DNA of 64,000 nt. Source: Mobula hypostoma (lineage: Eukaryota). The notes beneath the pieces were generated by a model. The model saw nothing but the letters and a program-made list of their open reading frames with translations. It had not been told where the DNA came from and did not search any database. Position 1 is the stretch's first letter. Each line of letters begins with the position of its first letter. A program made the position numbers and the translations under genes. Positions 12,557 to 24,659 of this stretch are shown here, one piece after another. The stretch covers positions 246,452,001 to 246,516,000 of the forward strand of contig NC_086097.1 in NCBI RefSeq assembly GCF_963921235.1. Reading direction: 5' to 3'.

Positions 12557-13064
12557 TGGCCTATAGTTGCCCGTCTTTTGTCTATGTCCTTTCTTAAAAA
12601 GCGGTGTGACATTTGCTGTCTTCCAATCCACCGGGACCTGCCCAGAGTCTAGAGAATTTTGGTAAATGATTACCAACGCATCTACTATAACCGCTGCCAA
12701 TTCCCTCAGCACCCTGGGATGCATCCCATCAGGACCAGGGGACTTATCTATCTTCAGACCCTCCAGTTTGTTCATCACTATCTCTTTAGTGACAGTGATT
12801 TTATCAAGGTTCTCATCTCCCATTTCATCCATAACATCATTCTTTGGCATATTAGACGTGTCCTCCACCGTGAAGACCGACACAAAATAGTTGCATTCCT
12901 TATCACTAACTCAACTGCAAGTTAACCTTTAGGGAATCCAGCATAAGGAGTGCCACGTCCCTTTGCACCTCTGATTTCTGAAATTGCTCCCCATTTAGAA
13001 AACAGTCTACGATTTTATTCCTGCTACCACAGAGCATGACCATACACTTCCCTACACTCTATTC

Positions 13065-13997
13065 CATAGAAACATAGAAAATAGGTGCAGGAGTAGGCCA
13101 TTCGGCCCTTCGAGCCTGCACCGCCATTTATTATGATCATGGTTGATCATCCAACTCGGAACCCCGCCCCAGCCTTCCCTCCATACCCCCTGATCCCCGT
13201 AGCCACAAGGGCCATATCTAACTCCTTCTTAAATATAGCCAATGAACTGGCCTCAACTGTTTCCTGTGGCAGAGAATTCCACAGATTCACCACTCTCTGT
13301 GTGAAGAAGTTTTTCCTAATCTCGGTCCTAAAAGGCTTCCCCTTTATCCTCAAACTGTGACCCCTTGTTCTGGACTTCCCCAACGTCGGGAACAATCTTC
13401 CTGCATCTAGCCTGTCCAATCCCTTTAGGATTTTATACATTTCAATCAGATCCCCCCTCAATCTTCTAAATTCCAACGAGTACAAGCCCAGTTCATCCAG
13501 TCTTTCTTCATATGAAAGTCCTGCCATCCCAGGAATCAATCTAGTGAACCTTCTTTGTACTCCCTCTATGGCAAGGATGTCTTTCCTCAGATTAGGGGAC
13601 CAAAACTGCACACAATACTCCAGGTGTGGTCTCACCAAGGCCTTGTACAACTGCAGTAGTACCTCCCTGCTCCTGTACTCGAATCCTCTCGCTATAAATG
13701 CCAGCATACCATTCGCCTTTTTCACCGCCTGCTGTACCTGCATGCCCACTTTCAATGACTGGTGTATAATGACACCCAGGTCTCGTTGCATCTCCCCTTT
13801 TCCTAATCGGCCACCATTCAGATAATAATCTGTTTTCCTATTTTTGCCACCAAAGTGGATAACTTCACATTTATCCACATTAAATTGCATCTGCCATGAA
13901 TTTGCCCACTCACCCAACCTATCCAAGTCACTCTGCATCCTCTTAGCACCTCCTCACAGCTAACACTGCCACCCAGCTTCGTGTCATCCGCAAACTT
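13065..13997 (-). mobile_element. Young 5'-truncated CR1, same subfamily as 2344-4462
   Basis: ORF 13147-13938 is nearly identical to the C-terminal part of 3078-4364; same tail; CCAT duplicated at 13064-13067 and 13999-14002. Confidence 0.95.
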
Positions 13998-14959
13998 ACC
14001 ATCTGCCGCTTTACCCATTCTCTCAATCTGGCAAAGTCCTTCTGTAGACACCCTGCTTCCTCAACACTACTTGGCCCTCCACTGAACCATTGCATTGAAC
14101 CACTGAACATAGCTTCATACAGTCCGCAGACATGGCCACAAGCCATCAATTCCATCATGCAAATCATTGACATACAACATGAAAAGAAGTGGTTCCAACA
14201 CCGACCTCTGCGGAACACCACTAGTCACCAGCAGTCAACCAGAAAAGGCTCCCTTTACTCTCATTCTTTGCCTCCTGCCAGCCAGCCAATCCTCTATCCA
14301 TACTTTGCTGTAATACCATGAGTTCTCATCTTGTTAAAATACCTTTCAGACTTTTCGGATTTCCAGGAGCACAGATTTGTTGGAATATTAACGCATACTC
14401 AATTATGAGCAATATTTCATCAGGAAACATGTTGGAGGACCACTGCTGTTCCTTAAACTGCACGGACAAACTAATAAGACGGTGATCTTTTGCCAAGCCT
14501 TACTTACTGGAATTACACTCTGGGAAATCTTGACTGTGCTTACCATGATCTGCACTCCAATAGAAGTAAAACAAATGCTCTTCACTGAGATCACATTTTC
14601 ATAAAATCAAATGGAGTTGGCAAGAAAACAGTATCATACATAAATTCCAGACTCATTATCATTTAAGGGAGTTACTGTTTTCAATAAACGTCCAGTAAAA
14701 CATATTTAGTAGCTTAGTTGCACAATGCGGTCCCACGATAAATTATAATTAATATCATGTTGGCAATTTCTTACCAATTGAGCAGTTAAAAATAAAATCA
14801 GTAGTGGATTTTCAGCCATTTCAAATTTATGTTGATGACTTGACAAAATGACAAGGTGTTGCAAAGTATCTAGTTCATTTAAGGTGTAATGCATGGTGAG
14901 AAATTGATCAATGAGAAGAACGTAAAATATATTGCTCTCGCGTTGGAGTTGGGAGTAGA

Positions 14960-15180
14960 AGTCCGGCACTGCCTGTAAGGGGTTTGCTTGTGTGCTGTGG
15001 TTTACTCCGGGTACTCCATTTTCCTCTCACAGTCCAAACAGCAATGGTTTAGCATGTTAATTTGTCATTGTAAATTGTCCTGTAATTAGGCTGGTGTGAA
15101 ATAGGTGGGTTGCTGGTGGCTCACTGGACCAGCTGGGCCCATTCTGCATTGTATCTCTAAACAAATAAATTAATTAAATG
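14960..15180 (+). mobile_element. Degenerate V-SINE
   Basis: V-domain-like core and (TAAA)n tail. Confidence 0.65.
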
Positions 15181-15212
15181 AATGGAAAACAAGATGACAA
15201 ATAGTATGTGAG

Positions 15213-15678
15213 TATCTTATATTCCGTCTGGGTAGCCTCCAACCTGATGGCATGAACATCGACTTCTCTAACTTCTGCTAAGGCCCCACCTCCCCCTCGT
15301 ACCCCATCTGTTACTCATTTTTATGCACACATTCTTTCTCTCACTCTCCTTTTTCTCCCTCTGTCCCTCTGAATATACCTCTTGCCCATCCTCTGGGTCA
15401 CCCCCCCTCCTCCTTGTCCTTCTTCCCGGACCTCCTGTCCCATGATCCTCTCGTATCCCCTTTTGCCTATCACCTGTCCAGCTCTCGGCTCTATCCCTCT
15501 CCCTCCTGTCTTCTCCTATCATTTACTCACTCTTCCTTCAGTTAGTCCTGACGAAGGGTCTCGGCCTGAAACGTCGACTGCACCTCTTCCTACAGATGCT
15601 GCTTGGCCTGCTGCGTTCACCAGCAACTTTGACGTATGTTGCTTGAATTTCCAGCATCTGCAGAATTCCTGTTGTTTG
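15213..15678 (+). mobile_element. Penelope-like 3' fragment (end of GIY-YIG domain plus pLTR)
   Basis: Encodes LIFRLGSLQPDGMNIDF; homologous to 18510-18980. Confidence 0.85.
15544..15579 (+). ncRNA. Minimal type I hammerhead ribozyme motif, intact core (GUC triplet)
   Basis: AGTC-CTGACGA-AGGgtctcggCCT-GAAACGTC-GACT; stem I AGTC/GACT; palindromic ACGT in place of stem III. Confidence 0.8.
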
Positions 15679-15754
15679 TGAGATACTGACTTGTTTTATA
15701 GAAAATAAACACTTTGCTTTTAAATATTCAGAAACTTATGAAAATTAGTGTAAG

Positions 15755-16402
15755 ACCATTAGATATAGTAACTGAATTAGGCATTTGGCCCATCACGTCT
15801 GCTCCGCCATTCCATTTCTCTCTCAGTCCCAGTCTCCTGCCTTCTCCCCATAACCCTTCATGCCCTGACTAATCAAGAATCTATCAACCAAATGTACCTA
15901 AATATACCAAATGACTCGGCCTCCAAGGCCACCTGTGGCAATGAATTCCCTCTATTCTGAGGCTGTCTCTTCTGGTCCTTGATTCCCCTCACCTCAGGAA
16001 ACATCTTCTCCACATCCACTCTATTGAGGCCTTTGAAAGGTTTCAATCAGATCCCTCCTTATTCTTCTGAAATCCAGTGAGTACAGGCCCAGACCCATCA
16101 AAAGCTCCCCATATAATATGCCAGAATCATTTTTGTGAACCTCCTTTGAACCCTCTCCACTATCAAAGCATCTTTTCTTAGATAAGGGGCTTAAAACTGC
16201 TCACAATACTCCAAGTGAGGTCACACCAGATCTTTAATAAAGCCTCAACATTACATCCTTGCTGTTATATTCTAGTCCTCTCAAAATGAATGGACCATCG
16301 CATTTGTCTTCCTCACCACTGACTTAACCTGCAAATTAACCTTTAGGGAATCCTGCACGCGGACTCCCAAGTACCTTTGCATCTCAGATTTTTTAATTTT
16401 CT
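15755..16402 (-). mobile_element. Degenerate CR1 3' fragment
   Basis: Homologous to the other CR1 3' ends in the window. Confidence 0.8.
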
Positions 16403-16437
16403 AAGTATCTGAGAATATCATAACACCGCAAGACATA

Positions 16438-16895
16438 AGGTTTACGAGAATGATCTTGAAAATGAAAGTGTTAATGTATGAGAAGTGTTTGATGGCTCTG
16501 GACCTGTACTCATTGGAATTTAGAAGAATGAGGAGGGATCTCACTGAAACCTAACAAGCACTGAATGGCCAAGGTAAGAGTAGACATAGAGAGGATGTTT
16601 CCTATAGCAGACCAGAGAGCACAATCTCAGTATAGAAAGACATCCAATTAGAACAGAGATGAGGAGGAATTTAGTCAGAGGGTGGTAAATCTGTGGAACT
16701 CATTGCCAGAGACAGCTGTGGAGGCCAAGTCATTAGGTATATCTAAAGTGGAAGTTGATAGGTTCTTGATCAGTAAGGGTGTAAAAGATCACAGGAAGAA
16801 GGTAGGAGAATGAAGTTGAGGGGATAATAAATCCTCCATGATTGAATGGTGGAGCAGACTTAATGGGCTGAATGGCTTAATTCTGATCACATGTC
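16438..16895 (+). mobile_element. Degenerate CR1 3' fragment
   Basis: Encodes LYSLEFRRMR; CR1 3' motif. Confidence 0.8.
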
Positions 16896-17179
16896 TGACA
16901 AAAAATTGGGAGGCTACCTCAAGACCTTGAGGTGAAGCGTATGATGAATATTTTCTCAGGTAGTGCGCCCAGAATCTGGCCACTTTGACCTGAAATTTAA
17001 AACTTGTTTACTCAGATGACCATGACACCTTACGATTTGATACATCTAGGTTTGTAACTGCTCTGAAGCTGAGTGAATCTAAAGCTGAGATGGACAGTAA
17101 ATCAAAGGATACAGGGTCTGACCAGGAATATGGACAAGATAGAGAATGAATCAGAAACGTATTGAATGATAGAGGAGCC

Positions 17180-17425
17180 ACTTGCCCATCCGATTCCTAA
17201 ATGGCCATTGAACCTGTGAATACCACCTCACTTTTTTAATATATATTATTTCTGTTTTTTGAACGATTTTTAATCTCTTCAATATATGTATACTGTAATT
17301 CATTTACTTATTTATTATTATTTATTTTTCTTCTTCTTTAGTATGTATTGTATTGAACTGCTGCTGCTAAGTTAACAAATTTCACGACACGTGCCAGTGA
17401 TAATAAACCTGATTCTGATTCTGAA
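17180..17425 (+). mobile_element. Rex1/Babar-type LINE 3' UTR
   Basis: Matches 25725-25963; ends AATAAACCTGATTCTGATTCTGA. Confidence 0.75.
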
Positions 17426-17823
17426 TGACCGTATGTACTGATTTACATGGAGCGCTGCCACAAGAAAGCAACATCCTTCACCAATGACTCTGCCATCCAG
17501 GCCACGCTCATTTCTTCACTACTATTATCGGACAGGAGGCCCAGAAGCCTTAGGTCTTATGCCACCCAGGTTGAGGAACAATTATCACTCTTCAACCACC
17601 AGGCTTCCAAATCAGTGTGGATAACTTAATTCACAATTACTCTGAACTGATTCTGTGACACACAGACTCAATTTCAATGACCCTTTACAATTCATATTAA
17701 TTTTATTTGCATAGTTTGACTTCTTTTGCACTTTAGTTGTTTGACAATCATTGTTTATGTGTTTTTCATATAATCTACAAAATTATATGCAGTAGGCCAG
17801 ACAGCATCCATAGGAAGAAGCAC

Positions 17824-17859
17824 AGTCGATGTTTCAGGCCGAGACCCTTCGTCAGGACT
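17824..17859 (-). ncRNA. Hammerhead motif in the inverted pLTR (ACGT decayed to ACAT)
   Basis: Minus strand AGTC-CTGACGA-AGGgtctcggCCT-GAAACATC-GACT. Confidence 0.65.
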
Positions 17860-18844
17860 AACTGAAAGAAAAGATAGTAAGAGGTTTGAAAGTGAGTGGG
17901 GGACGGGGAGATTCGAAATGATAGGAGACAGGAGGGGAAGGGATAGAGCTAAGAGCTGGGAAGTTGATTGGCAAAAGGGATACAAGGCTGGAGAAGGGAG
18001 AGGACCATGGGGCGGGAGGCCACCTCCAACGGGATCCTACCTCCAAGCACATCTTTCCCTCCCCACCTTTCTGCTTTCCACAGGGATCGCTCCCTACGCG
18101 ACTCCCTTGTCCATTCATCCGCGCTCCCCCCATCCCTTCCCACCAATCTCCCTCCCAGCACTTATCCTTGTAAGCGGGACAAATGCTACACACGCCCTTA
18201 CACTTCCTCCCTTACCACCATTCAGGGCCCCAGACAGTCCTTCCAGGTGAGGCGACACTTCACCTGTGAGTCGGCTGGGGTGATATACTGCGTCCGGTGC
18301 TCCAGGTGCGGCCTTCTATATATTGGTGAGACCCAACGCAGACTGGGAGACTGCTTCGCTGAACACCTATGTTCTGTCCGCCAGAGAAAGCAGAATCTCC
18401 CAGTGGTCACACATTTTAGTTCCACGTCCCATTCTCATTCTGATATGTCTATCCATGGCCTCCTCTACTGTAAAGATGAAGCCACACTCAGGTTGGAGGA
18501 ACAACACCTTATATTCCATCTGGGTAGCCTCCAACCTGATTATTTATTTATTTATTGATTGATTGATTGTTTTTTCCTTTCCTCTCTCTCTTTCTTTTTC
18601 TCTCTCTCTGTCCCTCTCACAATAACTCCTTGCCTGCTCTCCATCTTCCTCTGGTGCTCCCCTCCCCTTTCTTTCTCCCTAGGCCTCCCGTCCCATGATC
18701 CTCTTCCTCCTCCAGCCTTGTATCCCTTTTGCCAATCAAATTCCCAGCTCTTAGCTCCATCCCTCCCCCTCCTGTCTCCTCCTATCATTTTGGATCTCCC
18801 CTCCTCCTCCCACTTCCAAATCTCTTACTATCTCTTCTTTCAGT

Positions 18845-18882
18845 CAGTCCTGACGAAGGGTTTCGGCCCGAAACGTTGACTG
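18845..18882 (+). ncRNA. Hammerhead motif in the direct pLTR
   Basis: CAGTC-CTGACGA-AGGGtttcggCCC-GAAACGTT-GACTG. Confidence 0.75.
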
Positions 18883-19309
18883 TGCTTCTTCCTATGGATG
18901 CTGTCTGGCCTGCTGTGTTCCATCAGCAGTTTGTGCCTGTTGTTTGAATTTCCAGCATCTGCAGATTTCCTCGCGTTTGTGTTTCATATAATCTATTGTA
19001 TTACATTTCTTTATTCCTGTGAATTCCTGTGAGAAAATGAACCTCAAGGTAGTATATTGTACTTTGATAATAAATTTGTTTTGTACTTTGACCTTTGGTC
19101 TTCTTGTCTATCGGCTGTGATGAAAGGGTTAGAAATGGTCACTCAATTTGGACTCCGGCATTTAGATGTTAATTTCTAATCTAGATGAATTAAACGAGCA
19201 ATTCTCAAACCATTGCTCTTATGGTATACTCAATGCAACAGTACATTCTATCCAGTAAGCATAATATACATAATGTGAGAAATTCACAATTAAACAGAGT
19301 AATTTGTTT

Positions 19310-19515
19310 AGCAAAACACACAAAGTGCTGGAGGAACTCAGCAGGTCAGGCAGCATCAATGGAGAGAAATAAACAGTTGATGTTTCAGGGTAAGAACCTT
19401 CATTAGGACTGGAAAGAAAGGGGAAGGAAGCTCAAATTAGAAATTGGGATATGGAAGCTTTAAGCTCTTAGGCAAAGCCAGGTGAGTGGAAAAGGTAAAG
19501 GGCTGGAGACAATGA
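19310..19515 (-). mobile_element. Degenerate Penelope-like terminal fragment
   Basis: TGCTGGAGGAACTCAGCAGGTCAGGCAGCATC motif. Similar fragments at about 32835-32978, 35790-35885, 40965-41060, 58055-58151 and 59255-59335. Confidence 0.65.
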
Positions 19516-19957
19516 TTATAGGGAGAAGGCACGAGAATGAGGTTCTGCTCCCATATCTTATGCTCTTATCATCTTACTAGGAACACAATCCCTGGTAATG
19601 CGGGGGCATGCCTGAAATTCAATTACACTTTTGGGAAATTGCAAACCTTGTCATTTTTTCATGTAAACAAAAGACCACAGAACTGAAATTTAATTAAGGT
19701 TTCTCTCTTTCAACGGGCATATGCAGCAAAAAATCAAAATTCAGTCTGCATGTTTTGCTCTGTGACAGGATCATGCTAGTATAATGAAGACCAATGCATA
19801 AAACTACAGATTATAACAAATAGCCGACAACTTAACTGGTGGGTATTCTTCTTAGTTAGTAAACTGAAGTTTTAAAATGTATCCTTACCAGCTTGCGATA
19901 TGGCAATTCCAACAATAACATTCATATTGTGGTTCCCACCCAAACACTGAGATCATA

Positions 19958-20524
19958 CACTCAATTTTCACTTCATAGGTTCTTCCTGTACCTAATAAAA
20001 TGGCCACTGAATCTCCATTTGTAGTCATCTGCTGCTGCAGTCCATCTTCTTGAAGGCTTGATGTGTTGTGCACCCAGAGATGCTCTTCTGTATATGACTA
20101 TTGTAATGTGTGGTTACTTGAGTTACTGTTGCCTTCCTGTCAGTTTGAACCAGTCTGGCCATTCTCCTCAGACCTCTCTCATTAACAAACCATTTTCACC
20201 CTCAGAAATGCTGCCACTCACTGTGTATTTTTTTCTGTTTCTCACACCATTCTCTGTAAACTCTAGAGACTGTTGTGCGTGAAAATTCCAGGAGATTTCT
20301 GAGATACTCAAACCATCCGGTCTGGCACCAACAATCATTCCATGATCAAAGTCACTTGGATCACATCTCTTCCCCTTTCTGATGTTTGGTCTGAACAACA
20401 ACTGAATCTCTTGACCATGTCTGCATGCTTTTATGCATTGAGTTGCGACGACATGATTGGCTGATGAGATATTTGTATTGATGAGCGGCTGTACAAGTTT
20501 ATCTAATAAAGTGGGCACTGAGTG
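19958..20524 (-). mobile_element. Internally deleted Tc1/mariner element
   Basis: TIR-like CTAATAAAGTGGGCACTGAGTG; transposase N-terminus GKRCDPSDFDHGMIVGARPDGLSISE; TA at 19956-19957. Confidence 0.88.
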
Positions 20525-21507
20525 CATATTAAGGTTTCAAATGTCACTGGATAGCCTTACCTGTCTGCCAACATTTATGTAAAATTATTTCAGCTTTAGT
20601 TTCATTACTACTGTTCCGAGGTGCAGTTCTCCTCAGAAAGATTAACTACACTGCAGACTAACAAAGGAAGCTCTGTAGTTCAAAATTCTAACCACCACAA
20701 CAAGTTTCAATGAGTAGAACTCGGGTATTCTCAGGTAATATTGTCTGAAATGGTCGATGGTTTATATGCTTCGAATAGTGTCCAACTGGCACGCATATGT
20801 ATAGAAGATCATATGTATCACAGATACACTTGGCTACAGCACAAATGGATAGCCTGGCTATTCATGTTAAGTATAATAGTTCCTAATTAATACAGAATGC
20901 TTTTAGTGTATGAAACTACTGTCAACTTCGATCACGAAACTTAGGGCATCAAGTTTGTTCACTGAGCATGCGTGAGTGTCAGCAGATCAGGCACTTTTCT
21001 GCATTACGGCATCCCCCCACACTGATGAACTGTGTATCCATGTGAAACCTACATCAACAGAAATAATTCCATCAGCTTTCAATCCAAGAGGACAGCTCGT
21101 CTGGCAAGGAAAATGAACTGAGGGGTCGGGGCTACAAAGTTGTAATCCTATCTCCAACCTACTTCTCCTGCCAGCGTGCCTCCCCATTTGGGGTAACAAA
21201 GCTCCCAGTAGGTTTGCAGTAACATTCCTGTGTGAAATAGAAGTTTCTGTCATAATTACAAACATTTGCAGTTGTATGGAAGCATGAAAGAATAGCCTAT
21301 CCAGCCCCTCACCCCTGCTCTGCCATTCGATAAGATCATGGCTGATCTTCTAAATTCAGCGGCACTTTCTTGTACTAATGCCATACCTCTTGATTCCCTT
21401 ACCATCCAAAAGAGAAAATAGAACATAGCACTGTACAGCACATTGCAGGGCCTTCAGCCCACAGTGTTATGCTGACCTTTTAACCTACTCAAATATCAAT
21501 CCAATCC

Positions 21508-23525
21508 ACTGTCGGGGGGCGGGGGTGCGACGACCTACCTGGGGGAAGCAATAGTGGCCGTATCTCTGGCACAGAGTCTGGCCCTGTGGCTCAGGAGCAA
21601 GGAGGCAGCAGTAATAGGGGACTCTATAGTTAGGGGGTCAGACAGGAGATTCTGTGCACACAGGAAAGAAACGCGGATGGTAGTTTGTCTCCCAGGAGCC
21701 AGGGTCCGGGATGTTTCTGACTGCATCCACGATATCCTGAATTGGGAAGGGGAACAGCCAGAGGTCGTGGTACATATTGGTACCAACGACATAGGTAGGA
21801 AAAGGAAGGAGGTCCTGAAAGCAGACTACAGGGAGTGAGGAAGGAAGTTGAGAAGCAGGACCACAAAGGTAGTAATCTCGGGATTCAGGCCTGTGCCACG
21901 TGACAGTGAGTATAGGAATAGAATCAGGTGGAGGATAAATGTGTGGCTGAGAGATTGGAGCAGGGGGGCAGGGATTCCGACTTCTGGATCATTGGGACCT
22001 CTTTTGGGACATGCGTGATCTGTACAAAAAGGACATGTTGCATGTGAATCCAAAGGGTGCCAATATCCTGGCAGGGAGGTTTGCTACGGCTATTGGGAAG
22101 AGTTTAATTGCTGGGGGGTGGGAACCCTGCTGAAGAGACGGAGGAAGGGGCGGTTGGCTCACAAATAGAGAAAGCTTGGAGACAGTGCGAAAGGGAAGAT
22201 AAGCAGGTGATAGAGAAGGGATAAGCTCAGACCGATGGTTTAAGATGTGTCTATTTTAACGCAAGAAGCACCATGAACAAAGCAGATGAGCTTAGATCGT
22301 GGATCAGTACTTGGAGCTATGATGTTCTGGTCATTACAGCGACTTAGATGGCTCAGGGGCAGGAATGGTTATTTAGAGTACCAGGCTTTAGATGTTTCAG
22401 AAAGAGAGGGAAGCAAAAGAAGGAGGCATAGGATCCAAGAGGACATTGCTCTGTGGATCCAGAATTGCCTTGCCCACAGAAGGCAAAGTGTGGTTGCAGA
22501 TGGGTCATATTCTGCATGGAGGTCGGTGACCAGTGGTGTGCGTCAGGGATCTGTTCTGGGACGCCTTCTCTTCATGATTTTTATAAATGACCTGGATGAG
22601 GAAGTGGAGGGATGGGTTAGTAAATTTGTTGATGACATAAAGATTGGGGGTGTTGTGGATAGTGTGGAGGACTGTCAGAGGTTGCAGCGGGACATTGATA
22701 GGAAGCAAAACTGGGCTGAGAAGTGGCAGATGGAATTCAACCCAGATAAGTGTGAGGTGGTTCAGTTTGGTAGGTCAAATATGATGGCAGAATATAGCAT
22801 TAATGGTAAGACTATTGGCACTGTGGAGGAACAGAGGGATCTTGGGGTCTGAGTCCATAGGACACTCAAAGCTGCTGCGCAGGTTGACTCTGTGGTTAAG
22901 GAGGCATATGGTGCATTGGCCTTCATCAACTGTGGAACTGAGTTTAAGAGCCGAGAGGTAATGTTACAGCTATATAGGACACTGGTCAGACCCCAGTTGG
23001 AGAACTGTGCTCAGTTCTGGTCACCTCACTGCAGGAAGGATGAATGTGGAAACTATAGAAAGGGTGCAGAAGAGATTTGCAAGGATGTTGCCTGGTTGAG
23101 GAGCATGCCTTATGAGAATAGGTTGAGTGAACTTGGCCTTTTCTCCTTGGAGCGGTGGAGGATGAGAGGTGACCTGATAGAGATAAGATGATGAGAGGCA
23201 TTGATCATGTGGATAGTCAGAGGCTTTTTCCCAGGGCTGAAATGGCTAACACAAGAGGGCACAGTTTTAAGGTGCTTAGAAGTAGGTACAGAAGAGATGT
23301 CAGGGGTAAGTTTTTTATGCAGAGAGTGGTGGGTGCGTGGAATGGGCTGCCAGCAACGGTGGTGGAGGCAGATACAATAGGGTCTTTAAAGAGACTCCTG
23401 GATAGGTACATGGAGCTTAGAAAAATAGTGAGCTATGGGTAACTCTAGGTAATTTCTAAAGTAGGTACATGTTTAGCACAGCTTTGTGGGCCAAAGGGCC
23501 TGTATTGCGCTGTAGGTTTTCTGTT
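21508..23525 (+). mobile_element. CR1 LINE retaining the ORF1 SGNH/GDSL esterase and the ORF2 start, with a large internal deletion
   Basis: VIGDSIVR..CLPGARV..VVHIGTND; ORF2 start LRCVYFNARS at about 22240; jump to RT at about 22425 (GVRQGSVLG, KFVDD); 3' UTR. Confidence 0.9.
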
Positions 23526-23584
23526 TCTAATCCTTTCCTCCTACACAGCCCATATCCTCCATGTTCCTTCCTCCATAACACCGT

Positions 23585-24045
23585 TAGACAAAAGAGCAGA
23601 ATTCAGGCCATTCGACCCATCGAATCTTCTCCACCATTCGAACATGACTGATTTACTTTCCCTCTCATCCCCATTCTCCTGCCTCCCCACTGTCATCTTT
23701 GACACCCTTCCTAATCAAGAACATATCGACCTCCACTCTAAATACCTTAGAAAGCACATGGATTGCCTGAGCAGAGTGGACATGGAGAGGATGTTTCCAA
23801 TAATGGCAGAGTTTAGGACCAGAGAGCACAGCCTCAAAAAAGAAAGACATCCCTTTAGAACAGAGATAAGGAGGAATTTCCTTAGCCAGAGTGTGGTGAA
23901 TCTGTGAAATTCATTGCCACAAAAGCTGCGAGGTCAAGTTACTTAGTATATTTAAAGTGGGGGTTGATAGGTTCTTGATGAGTAAGTGTATCAAAGGTTA
24001 CGGGAAGAAAGCAAGAGAATAGGTTTGAGAGGGATAATAAATCAA
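23585..24045. mobile_element. Two CR1 3' fragments in opposite orientation (23585-23745 minus, 23755-24045 plus)
   Basis: CR1 3' motifs. Confidence 0.7.
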
Positions 24046-24047
24046 TA

Positions 24048-24657
24048 AATGGCAGCACATTGGATTAGACACTGGCTTTATGGAAGAAGCAAGAGAGTGG
24101 TAGTAGATGGGTACTTCTCTAACTGGAGGCCTGTGACTAGTGGAGTGTCGCAGGGATCAGTGCTGGGCCATTTGCTGTTTGTCATCTATATCAACGATCA
24201 GAATGATAATGTGGTAAATGGATCAGCAAATTTGCAGACGAAATCAAGATTGGGGGTGTAGTGGAAGACTATTTTGTCTTGCAGTAGGATCTGGACCTGC
24301 TGGAAAAATGGGCTAAAAAATGGCAGATGGAATTTAATGCACACAAGTGCAAGGTTTTGCACTCTGGTAGAACCAACCAGGGTAGGTCTTACACAGTGAA
24401 TGGTAGGGCATTGATGAGTATGGCAGAACAAAGGGATTTGAGAATACAGGCCCATAGTTTATTGAAAGTGGTATCACAGGTAGATAGGGTTGTAAAGAAA
24501 GCTTTTGGCACTTCGGCCTTCATAAATCAAAGTAATGAGTATAGGAGATGAGATGTTATGTTGAAGACATTGGTGAAACCTAATTTGGAGTATCGTGTGC
24601 AGTTTTGGTCACCTACAGAAAAGATGTAAATAAGGTTGAAAGAGTACAGAGAAAATT
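24048..24657 (+). mobile_element. CR1 RT fragment; its 3' end resumes at about 25966-26130
   Basis: [15 protein letters not shown] peptide; same subfamily as 566-2343. Confidence 0.85.
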
Positions 24658-24659
24658 GC

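Larger units (their letters stand above)
10929..12888 (-). mobile_element. 5'-truncated CR1 LINE of a second subfamily, nested
   Basis: ORFs 12530-12883, 11560-12291 (GVPQGSVLGP, KFADDTK), 11283-11675 and 11093-11383; TTCTTATG-like tail at about 10930-10950. Confidence 0.93.
10365..14335 (-). mobile_element. Old CR1 host split into three pieces (10365-10925, 12889-13066, 13999-14335)
   Basis: The pieces are collinear with CR1 RT and 3' UTR once the inserts are removed. Confidence 0.8.
17778..18981 (+). mobile_element. Penelope-like element: inverted pLTR, GIY-YIG endonuclease fragment, direct pLTR; 14-bp TSD
   Basis: GVIYCVRCSRCGLLYIGETQRRLGDCFAEH in ORF 17968-18558; 17789-18021 is the reverse complement of about 18682-18914; TTTCATATAATCTA at 17764-17777 and 18982-18995. 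Confidence 0.92.
17440..19095 (+). mobile_element. Degenerate Rex1/Babar 3' fragment (17440-17777 and 18996-19095) hosting a Penelope-like element
   Basis: Decayed KKAxSIIKD..HPGH..LLPSGRR motif; the 3' UTR is collinear across the insert. Confidence 0.65.

Noticed and set aside
16941..16993. C/D-box snoRNA-like ATGATGA...CTGA
   Set aside because: Too short and no terminal stem
19884..20660. Minus-strand GGTAAG donor-like sites at about 19888 and 20560 (also 14500-14555 and 36697)
   Set aside because: The upstream frames give no recognisable peptide or consistent gene model
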